NCBI GenBank assembly: GCA_963790025.1
Contig: CAWBMP010000005.1
Coordinates: 320,001 to 384,000 of the forward strand
Direction of reading: 5' to 3'
Length of the DNA: 64,000 bases
DNA from: Nitrospirota bacterium
Lineage (GTDB): Bacteria > Nitrospirota > Thermodesulfovibrionia > Thermodesulfovibrionales > Dissulfurispiraceae
The notes under the pieces are model-generated. The model worked only from the letters and a program-made list of their open reading frames with translations, was not told the DNA's origin and did not search any database. Positions 1 through 7,465 of the stretch are shown piece after piece. Positions within the stretch are counted from its first letter, which is position 1. Each line of letters starts with the position of its first letter. A program made the translations under genes and the position numbers.

Positions 1-2230
1 CCTGCATGCGTTTAAGATTATTGGATTTGCCACCTGTATTTTTATCATTGAAAGCATTCATTGCTACGACGTAGACACTGAAAGGCGCAAACCCCGCCAT
101 CGCAGACCCTAAAGAGACTTTGGCTTTTTGGGGGGTACTCATTTCTTCCCTGCTTTCTTCGAATGCGACCTCGCCGATTTCGTTTGTGCTCAGCTTTATG
201 CGGCGGCCGCCAAGTGATTTCAGCTTGCCGATCACATCAGAGTCGTAACAAACGGCAAAGAGTATACGCACATTTCTGGCCCTGACAGCCAGATGGGACA
301 ATACATCTATTGATGCAGGCGTTATAAGGGCGACAACTCCTTCGGGAATTTCCTCGTCGCCCCTCACATCGCCGGCAATGATGACGGTAGGGCGGCTAAA
401 ATTCTTGCCCTGGATGGATTTTAAATTAAGCACGGTTTCAATCACCCCTGTCGTCTCATGGCCGGGACTGATCACTTGCCAGTTTCCGAGGTCTGCGCTT
501 TTCCGCAAAACAGGATCAAGTTTGCGCAAAAGTGCCGAGAGGACAAACGCAGGTCTGCCGCGCACCACTGCTTCAGCAAAAAGCTTAATAGTCCATGGAG
601 CTGCATGAAAGGCATTGCCGAGGGCTTCGGCTTTGGGCTGAAGGAGTTGGTAATACCGGTCAATGAAATTGCCGATGCCCCTCTGAAGGCGGTCGACAAC
701 GGCTTTGGACTGAAGCGGCCACAGGGTGCCGGGACCGGGCATCTTGCCCAGGCGCTTAAAGTAAAGAAGACAGTTCTTAAACTCCTCGTCCGGATTTGAG
801 AGACACAGGTTTTCAAGAGACACTTTGGTCAATCCGACGAGTTCATCTACTGTCAGCTTCCGGTCCAGGTTTTTTTCGACAACGGCCCTGAATAGGTCTT
901 CAAGGGCCAGATCGAGAAAAAGGAGATCGCGCACAGAGCTTTGGTGCTCGCCGAGTCTGCCCGTCACCGCGTAGCGGGCCTCGGTGATCTTTTCGAGGAG
1001 TATGGGCACGTCCTCTCCGCGATCATCCCGATGCCTCCATATATAATCCATCAGGCTGTGCATTTCCGCATCAAACAGATACCGGGCATTATTAATGGAC
1101 GCTCCGAGATCGGTGCCGGAATGTACCTCCCTCAGTATTCCAAGGAAATGCTCGAAATCGTGAATGAGCGCATCTTTCAGGTGAGGAATGAACTCCGGGC
1201 TGGATATTATCGGGCGCTCATAAGTTTCCAGCCGTTTCCGCGGAACACCGCCTTCTTCGAGTCTCTTATAGAACAGATCAAGCTTCCCGTCACTTCTCAG
1301 GAATTCCAGGTAGGCCTCACATATGACGATATCGTCGGGCGTGGCGTTGTTATGGAGTTTCTGGTGCCATTCCTCCATAAAATGTCCCGCCATCTCTTTG
1401 ATGTGGTGGCGATGCATGATATTCAGTATCTCGTCGCGGACCCGCTGGGCGTCCTTCCCGGTGCCGAGCGTTGTCATCATCAGGCGGATGAACTCGCGCT
1501 CCCCCGGCTCAAGGATGTAGCGGCCCGCAAGCTTCAATGTAAGGCGGTCCATGGCATGGCCTAATTCGCGCGGTTTGGTATTATAGTTTCGCTGCCAGTC
1601 CAGTTGCCTGATATAAGAAAAGCGCAGCCAGACATAAAGAAGGGCAATGCCGTCGACGTCATTGCTTGCAATCCCGTCCAGCAGGTCGTAACAGAGATTT
1701 AACCTGTGCATCAATGTCCATGAATTGCGGCCAATTTCATTTTCGATTATTTTATCTGTAATGGCGGCAAGTTCGAGACTTTCTGAAAAAGCCTCCTGTC
1801 CGGAAGACGGAGCAACGGGTATGAAAAAGTTTTGTCCCTTATCTTTTATCCAGCGCCCTGTATCGCTTTGCTTTAGAACAAACCAGATACCCAGGGGCGC
1901 TTCGTCTTCGCTGGAATCAAGGAGCAGCAGGCTGGTACCATCGCTATAGGCGCTGTCGGCAAATGGCGTCTGGGCCGCTGTGTCCTGGAATACGGTTGTA
2001 CCGGGAGGCCGAAGAGAGGATTGCGGCAAAACCCATTCATGGCGCGACTTATATGCTGCTCCCCAATGCAGGATCAGGGGGCCCCGTATATCGGCAAGCA
2101 GTGCAATAATGTAATGCCTCTTGTCTTTGGTCACAACAACAGCCAGTTGCCCTTCATCAAGCCGGTACGGGCGTTCATAAACGATCTTTTCCTGATCTAC
2201 CGCTTTTTTAAGTTCTTCGATTAAAAGCAT
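1..2230 (-). CDS. alpha-glucan,water dikinase (GWD/R1/SEX1)-like protein, 3' end runs off the window
   Basis: Not in the ORF track because there is no stop inside the window. Hand translation from ATG 2230 is open to base 1 (MLLIEELKKAVDQEKI...). Contains CBM45-like LHWG..EW.LP...PGT..FVLK..W.K..G.NFFIP; MHRLNL; VWLRFSYIRQLDWQRNYNTKPREL; QRVRDEIL; FMEEWHQKLHNNATPDDIVICEA; VHSGTDL; LDPVLRKSADLGNWQVISP; GDEEIPEG; DVLSHLAVRARN (His codon 293-295, residue 646); and TGGKSNNL at the start of the nucleotide-binding domain. Confidence 0.92.
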   Translation of the reverse strand, partial: MLLIEELKKAVDQEKIVYERPYRLDEGQLAVVVTKDKRHYIIALLADIRGPLILHWGAAYKSRHEWVLPQSSLRPPGTTVFQDTAAQTPFADSAYSDGTSLLLLDSSEDEAPLGIWFVLKQSDTGRWIKDKGQNFFIPVAPSSGQEAFSESLELAAITDKIIENEIGRNSWTLMHRLNLCYDLLDGIASNDVDGIALLYVWLRFSYIRQLDWQRNYNTKPRELGHAMDRLTLKLAGRYILEPGEREFIRLMMTTLGTGKDAQRVRDEILNIMHRHHIKEMAGHFMEEWHQKLHNNATPDDIVICEAYLEFLRSDGKLDLFYKRLEEGGVPRKRLETYERPIISSPEFIPHLKDALIHDFEHFLGILREVHSGTDLGASINNARYLFDAEMHSLMDYIWRHRDDRGEDVPILLEKITEARYAVTGRLGEHQSSVRDLLFLDLALEDLFRAVVEKNLDRKLTVDELVGLTKVSLENLCLSNPDEEFKNCLLYFKRLGKMPGPGTLWPLQSKAVVDRLQRGIGNFIDRYYQLLQPKAEALGNAFHAAPWTIKLFAEAVVRGRPAFVLSALLRKLDPVLRKSADLGNWQVISPGHETTGVIETVLNLKSIQGKNFSRPTVIIAGDVRGDEEIPEGVVALITPASIDVLSHLAVRARNVRILFAVCYDSDVIGKLKSLGGRRIKLSTNEIGEVAFEESREEMSTPQKAKVSLGSAMAGFAPFSVYVVAMNAFNDKNTGGKSNNLKRMQ

Positions 2231-2234
2231 GTTC

Positions 2235-3743
2235 TCATGTAATGCCTTTCCTCTCGATCATCCGGAAATGATCAGCGAATATCTTGCGGAAATGAAAGCC
2301 GTATATCGAAAACGTTATGGCCAGAGGGAACAGTTTCGGATGCCTGAAAAGGGACCAGAAGAATAATCTCCAATAATAGAAACGCTCTTTCCCTATTATC
2401 CCGAGTATGAGCACAGACTTAAATCCTGCTTTAACATAGCTGTACCGCATATGGATTACATTTTTCTGGACCGGCCTGTACTCTCGCAGGAACAGTTTGA
2501 CCCGCTTATAGTAATTTTTTGGAGAATAGATTGTATCGATGATTTGTTTATAGCCTGTGATTAGTCCTTCGTAGTTCATCTTTGGAATGAAGTTCATTGA
2601 AAAGTCCGTATTGTCCCCCGACACAGCGTTCAACAACCTGTTTTCTCCGACCAACCGGTGATAGAGCTTTGTCCCACGCGGCGCATTCAGGAGTCCTACC
2701 ATTGCCGTCACAATCCCGCTCTCCTGGATGAACCCTATCATCTTCTCAAATATCGAGGCCGGGTCTTTATCAAAGCCGACGATGAACCCGGCCTGGACCT
2801 CAAGCCCGAAACTTTGTATCTTCCTGACACTCGCTATAAGGTCCCTGTTCCTATTCGGTATTTTTGTGCATTCAAGAAGGCTTTCCTCGTTGGGAGACTC
2901 GATGCCAACAAAAACAGTACTGAACTCGGCCCTCGCCATCATTTTCATGAGGTCCTCGTCGTCGGCCAGATTGATGGACGCTTCGGTCGAGAGCGTAAAA
3001 GGATGCCTCTTCAGGTCCATCCATTGGATAATCGACGGCAGTATCTCCTCTTTCAGTTTCTTCCTGTTCCCGATGAAGTTGTCGTCAACGAAGAATACCC
3101 CGCCCCTCCAGCCGAGAGAGTAAAGTTTCTCCAGTTCGCCGATTATCTGACCGTTGTTTTTTGTCCTGGGGACCCTGCCGTATAGTGAGGTTATATTGCA
3201 GAATTCGCAATCAAAGGGGCACCCCCTCGAATACTGGATATTCATGGAGGCGTAATCCTTCATGTTTATAAGCTCCCACAAGGGAATGGGCGTGGTCGTC
3301 ACATCGGCCCATTTATTCGATGTGTAGAGACTTTTGGGCCGTCCCTCTCTCAAATCGTTCAGGAACGGATGAAGCGTAATCTCCGCCTCGTTGAGCACAA
3401 GATGGTCTATGTCGGGAAACTCTTCGTGATCATTGGTAAAGAGCGGGCCTCCGGCAACCACTTTAACGCCTGCGGCCCTGCATCGTTTGATAACGGTTTT
3501 TGCCGATTCCTTCTGTATGGACATAGCGCTCAGAAAGACATAATCCGCCCACAGAAGATACTTGTCTTTCAGTTTCCGGACATTCATGTCCACGAGCTTT
3601 TTCTCCCATTCGCATGGAAGCATTGCTGCCACTGTCAGCAGCCCGAGTGGCGGATTGACGGCTTTCTTTGATATGAACTCGAGGGCATAGGAAAAACTCC
3701 AGAAGGTATCGGGATATTCCGGATATATAAGAAGGACTTTCAT
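2235..3743 (-). CDS. B12-binding radical SAM protein (DUF4070/HpnP-like family)
   Basis: N-terminal cobalamin-binding domain (PPLGLLTVAA), RGCPFDCEFC (CxxxCxxC), FFVDDNFIG. Start moved to ATG 3743 behind AAGGAG. Confidence 0.88.
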   Translation of the reverse strand: MKVLLIYPEYPDTFWSFSYALEFISKKAVNPPLGLLTVAAMLPCEWEKKLVDMNVRKLKDKYLLWADYVFLSAMSIQKESAKTVIKRCRAAGVKVVAGGPLFTNDHEEFPDIDHLVLNEAEITLHPFLNDLREGRPKSLYTSNKWADVTTTPIPLWELINMKDYASMNIQYSRGCPFDCEFCNITSLYGRVPRTKNNGQIIGELEKLYSLGWRGGVFFVDDNFIGNRKKLKEEILPSIIQWMDLKRHPFTLSTEASINLADDEDLMKMMARAEFSTVFVGIESPNEESLLECTKIPNRNRDLIASVRKIQSFGLEVQAGFIVGFDKDPASIFEKMIGFIQESGIVTAMVGLLNAPRGTKLYHRLVGENRLLNAVSGDNTDFSMNFIPKMNYEGLITGYKQIIDTIYSPKNYYKRVKLFLREYRPVQKNVIHMRYSYVKAGFKSVLILGIIGKERFYYWRLFFWSLFRHPKLFPLAITFSIYGFHFRKIFADHFRMIERKGIT

Positions 3744-3902
3744 TGAAAACTCCTTATGGATAAATGGACAGGTTAATACGCTCGATGGAATCGACTGAAG
3801 CGCCAACTATGACGATGAATACGGAACGTCTCACTAATGAGAATTATAACACAATTCTTCTACATTACTTGTCATTAATAGCTGAATCAAATGTTCGGGC
3901 CG

Positions 3903-5768
3903 TTAGTCCATAGATGGTTTTTGGGTTGCCGGAGGTATAAATACTCTTACTGTTGTACCCCTGCCTTCGGCCCCGGTAATCTCCACTGCCCCTCCCCAGG
4001 GATATACACGCTCTCGCATCCCTATTATGCCGAAGGATTGGGGCTTAGAAAGTTCCTCATCTGTTATGCCTTTGCCATTATCCATGACTTCCAGTATAAC
4101 CTGGTCATTGTCCCGTATTAGTCTTGCCGTTACCTTTGTGGCATTCGCATGCTTAAGGACGTTTGTCAGTCCTTCCTGAAAGATTCTGTAAAGTGCGGTA
4201 CTCCGTTCTTTGTCCAACTCGATATCCTCAGGCTCTGAGCAAAAAGTGCATTCTATCCCAATGCGTCTTTGAAATTCGTTCGCCTGCCATTCCAGTGCGG
4301 CAACAAGACCGAAATCATCCAATAACGAAGGTCTCAGCTCAGCGCAGATGCGCTTGACGGACAAGATTGCCTCATTTAGTGTATTCATCATTCCTTCGAC
4401 CTTGTCGAATACGGCCGTCTGGTCCCGGTAATTGCTTCGAAAACAACATAATTCCATCTTAATGGCCGTCAATATCTGGCCGAGTTCGTCATGAATCTCA
4501 CGCGCAATAGTTGTTCTTTCCTCTTCCCTGAAGGTAAGCAAATGAGCGGCAAGCTCACGAACTTGCTGATGCAATATTTTTAGCTCAGCTGTTTTTGCGA
4601 CTACGGTTTGTTCTATTTTGACATTTCTTCTAAAGACGCTTATCATCAGCATCGATACTGCACCTGTCAGCAGCAAACCGCTGATTAAAACCAGCACGTG
4701 GCCGTGCGTAGCCGCAACAGCGCCTGGATGAGTCACATATATTTTCCATGAGCGGCCGCCCACATCAATCATCTTTTCCGTTAGCGGCCTGTTTTGGGCC
4801 TTTTTTTCATGCGCTGTAAAGTCCATTGTTTCATCTGAATAGACGCCGAGCAGCCGTCCCGAACTGGATGCATCCATGTCTTTTATTCCTATTGACAGAC
4901 CTGCGCGCGTGAACCCTGACAATGCCCTTTCGACTATATCGCTTATCCTGAATACACCAAGAACAAAGCCGCGCAGTCCCGATGAATCAGGTACAACGCT
5001 TTCATCAAGAATTCCCGGGTTGTAAACAGGATAAAATAACAGAAAGCCGCATTGACTCGATCGTTCCTGGACCAGATTTATTCCTTCCGTGGCTGCTGAT
5101 CCTCCGATATTTATCGAGTGCCTGATCGCCTGTAATCTGGGAGCACTGGACGCCAGGTCTAAACCCAGAGCGGCTTCGTTGCCTTTATATGGTTCAAGAT
5201 AATAAACGGGTAAGTATTCTTTTCTCTTTCCTGCACGCACCATTTGCCCTTGTTCATTCAGTTCCTTTATCTCAAAGACGGGATAACCGTCTCTTTGTGC
5301 AGCCTGCTCGTATTTCTTCCTTTCGGAATAAGGAATTAACGGGACCCATTCCAACGCCTGTATGGCGGAGTTTCGAAGTAGTGTGTCCGCTATTTCATGA
5401 AATACATGCCTATCGACATCACGATTTGCGGCATAAAGACCGGCCAGGGCTTTCAGTGTTGTGACATTGGAATCAAATGCTTCTTCAAGCGCAAAAATTT
5501 GGTCTTCAGCAGCATCCTTCAGCTTTTGTTGCACCAATGCCAGTTCGGATATATATGTCTTATAGGTGCTGAAGACCGTTAAACCAACGGCCGCAATTAA
5601 AAATAACCCAAGGGAAAAAAGTTGTTTGCGTCGAAGTTTATATTTAGAGTCTGTAAACACTTGGACCTGCCCCCGAAAACTGTGCAGACCTTCACAACCA
5701 TAAGATTGCTTCGCAGTCGCCCCTCGCACAGATGGTACGCATGAAATAATTTCTCCGGTAATATACAC
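3903..5768 (-). CDS. CHASE-domain sensor histidine kinase (HisKA_3/NarX-type)
   Basis: TM-CHASE (IQALEW, YLEPYKGNEAALGLDL)-TM, then EERTTIAREIHDELGQ, QEGLTNVLKHA, DNGKG, GIIGMRER. Start uncertain; GTG 5660 is a plausible alternative. Confidence 0.88.
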   Translation of the reverse strand: MYITGEIISCVPSVRGATAKQSYGCEGLHSFRGQVQVFTDSKYKLRRKQLFSLGLFLIAAVGLTVFSTYKTYISELALVQQKLKDAAEDQIFALEEAFDSNVTTLKALAGLYAANRDVDRHVFHEIADTLLRNSAIQALEWVPLIPYSERKKYEQAAQRDGYPVFEIKELNEQGQMVRAGKRKEYLPVYYLEPYKGNEAALGLDLASSAPRLQAIRHSINIGGSAATEGINLVQERSSQCGFLLFYPVYNPGILDESVVPDSSGLRGFVLGVFRISDIVERALSGFTRAGLSIGIKDMDASSSGRLLGVYSDETMDFTAHEKKAQNRPLTEKMIDVGGRSWKIYVTHPGAVAATHGHVLVLISGLLLTGAVSMLMISVFRRNVKIEQTVVAKTAELKILHQQVRELAAHLLTFREEERTTIAREIHDELGQILTAIKMELCCFRSNYRDQTAVFDKVEGMMNTLNEAILSVKRICAELRPSLLDDFGLVAALEWQANEFQRRIGIECTFCSEPEDIELDKERSTALYRIFQEGLTNVLKHANATKVTARLIRDNDQVILEVMDNGKGITDEELSKPQSFGIIGMRERVYPWGGAVEITGAEGRGTTVRVFIPPATQKPSMD

Positions 5769-5781
5769 TATTTAGAATCTG

Positions 5782-5811
5782 TTTATAAACCGCCCGATTT
5801 TTTTTTGTCAA
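5782..5811 (-). promoter_or_regulatory. putative sigma70 hybrid promoter for the histidine kinase (-35 supplied by the IS end)
   Basis: Minus strand TTGACA (5811-5806), 18 nt, TATAAA (5787-5782). The -35 hexamer is the terminal 6 bp of the IS. Confidence 0.55.
5790..5805. repeat. IS target-site duplication, left copy (16 bp)
   Basis: CCGCCCGATTTTTTTT, identical to 7251-7266. Confidence 0.85.
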
Positions 5812-7250
5812 GCCAATTTAGAAATGTCCTATTTTTACCAAAATAGAAATGTCCGGTTTTTACGCTGCTGCTTTCCTCAACCTTTTCCTCAACTCTTGCC
5901 TTTTGAATATAAGGTCTTGTGATGTTCTCCAGAGATGATCTTTTGCCGGCACGCTATTTTGTGAATATCGTCTAATGGTGCTTTTCTCTTTATTCATCTT
6001 TTCCGGCCGGGCATCAATTTCTTTATACTTAATGCGCCTATCCTGGTACATTACTAACATCGTGCCGTCAATGCGTTCTTCGACTATTACTCTCGTCTTC
6101 TTTGGAAACGCCTCTTTAAGCTGATAGATTTTTTTATTGTGCCGTATAGTATTGTCATTTCCTACTGTATGCTCTGACCGTATACATAATATCCTGTTGA
6201 GGTTAAGTCCCTTTGGAATAGCCCTATGAATATCTTCCTTATGATGCGGATGAACCATAAATTTCTTATTAAAGTCAGCCCAATAATGTTCTTCCATGAA
6301 CATGTTTGCTTCTTCTATTGTGTTGGTTCCACGCAGTCGCAGTTCCTTTACCAGTCGGTCCTGTAACGTTTCATACAGCCTCTCCACGCGCCCTTTCGCC
6401 TGAGGAGAATAAGCATGAATGCGTTTTACTCCAAGTTCTGCCAATGCTCTGCCAAACTCGCTCAAGGGTTCAGTGCCGTTAATCTCGTCCTCTATGGAGG
6501 GCTCAGATGAAGATTTATAGGTCTTGTGCCTATCAAAATATACGCTCATAGGAATGCCATATTTCCTTATGTACCGCTTAAAACTGTCCATCGCAGGGAT
6601 TGTGCCCTCGTATTCATAAAACCTGCCATATACTCTGCCCGTTGCGTCATCTATATAGGCCATTAGAACACATTGTGGGCCTCTGTCTTCAAACCATTTG
6701 TGATGTGAGCCATCCATCTGCAACATTTCCCCACAATTCATTTTCCGTGGACGCCATTGTCTATGTATCTTTCTTTTTCGTCTTTTCTGCCATTCTCCTG
6801 CCTCGATAAGCCATAAGCGTAAGGTCTCATCACTTATCTTTATTTCGTCTATCTCAAAGAGCTTTTCTGCTGCCAGAGTAGGCCCAAATCCTTTATACCG
6901 CTCCTTATATAACTTGATAACCCTTTCTTTGAGCTTCCTTGGCCTTTGTCTGTTCGATTGTCTGCCGCGAGATCGGTGCCTTATTCCTGTATCCCCTTCC
7001 TCGGTTATACGTTTAACTATTCTCCTTATCTGTCTTTCACTCATTGAAATAATTTCGGCTGCCAGCCTCTGAGTTATCTCTCCTTCGATTACTTTGTGAA
7101 TTACATGCAATATCCTCAATTCCTTCTGCCGTACCATGATAATGTCCCCTTCTGCCATCCCGCCTCCCTCTCAAAAAGAGGCAGTATAGCATTACCTCAA
7201 TAGGACATTTCTAAATTGGTACTATAGGACATTATCATTTTGGCGCGACA
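5806..7250 (-). mobile_element. insertion sequence, IS1202-type (often annotated ISNCY), 1445 bp
   Basis: Imperfect terminal IRs starting TGT (TGTCAAGCCAATTTAGAAATGTCCTAT vs TGTCGCGCCAAAATGATAATGTCCTAT), each with two AATGTCC-core subrepeats; 16-bp flanking direct repeat; single DDE transposase. Confidence 0.88.
5860..7158 (-). CDS. DDE transposase (IS1202/ISNCY type)
   Basis: N-terminal HTH; integrase core EMLQMDGSHH, VYFDRH, PQAKGRVERLYETLQDRL; GGAGG RBS. Confidence 0.93.
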   Translation of the reverse strand: MAEGDIIMVRQKELRILHVIHKVIEGEITQRLAAEIISMSERQIRRIVKRITEEGDTGIRHRSRGRQSNRQRPRKLKERVIKLYKERYKGFGPTLAAEKLFEIDEIKISDETLRLWLIEAGEWQKRRKRKIHRQWRPRKMNCGEMLQMDGSHHKWFEDRGPQCVLMAYIDDATGRVYGRFYEYEGTIPAMDSFKRYIRKYGIPMSVYFDRHKTYKSSSEPSIEDEINGTEPLSEFGRALAELGVKRIHAYSPQAKGRVERLYETLQDRLVKELRLRGTNTIEEANMFMEEHYWADFNKKFMVHPHHKEDIHRAIPKGLNLNRILCIRSEHTVGNDNTIRHNKKIYQLKEAFPKKTRVIVEERIDGTMLVMYQDRRIKYKEIDARPEKMNKEKSTIRRYSQNSVPAKDHLWRTSQDLIFKRQELRKRLRKAAA

Positions 7251-7266
7251 CCGCCCGATTTTTTTT
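7251..7266. repeat. IS target-site duplication, right copy (16 bp)
   Basis: CCGCCCGATTTTTTTT, identical to 5790-5805, followed by host TGTCAAGCC. Confidence 0.85.
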
Positions 7267-7283
7267 TGTCAAGCCCGATTTTT

Positions 7284-7310
7284 TTGACACGTGACGAAAG
7301 TCCCTATAAT
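7284..7310 (+). promoter_or_regulatory. possible sigma70 promoter for the molybdoenzyme operon
   Basis: Perfect TTGACA (7284-7289) and TATAAT (7305-7310), but the spacer is only 15 nt. Confidence 0.35.
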
Positions 7311-7465
7311 GATTATTTATTACTGCGATACAAAATCCATATTAGACATAAGGACAGGTTTGTAATATGATGAGAGTGAGATCATGATTGACCGGCATTG
7401 CGGTATTTCTCCGGCTTGTGCCCGGCATTAGTAAAGCATAGATGAATTTTTCAGAAGGAGGCCAC

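Noticed and set aside
378..2224. Short ORFs in the track (e.g. 941-1564 +, 458-799 +, 472-816 -)
   Set aside because: They are antisense or off-frame shadows of the GWD-like gene, which has many family motifs.
5703..5729. AGATTGCTTCGC...CCTCGCA, resembling a REP-type palindromic element
   Set aside because: I saw only one degenerate copy in the window, so it cannot be supported as a repeat family.
7422..7440. CGGCATTAGTAAAGCA (GG-N10-GC) as a sigma54 promoter for the Mo-enzyme operon
   Set aside because: The -12 element (AAGC) deviates from TTGC and no activator gene is adjacent.
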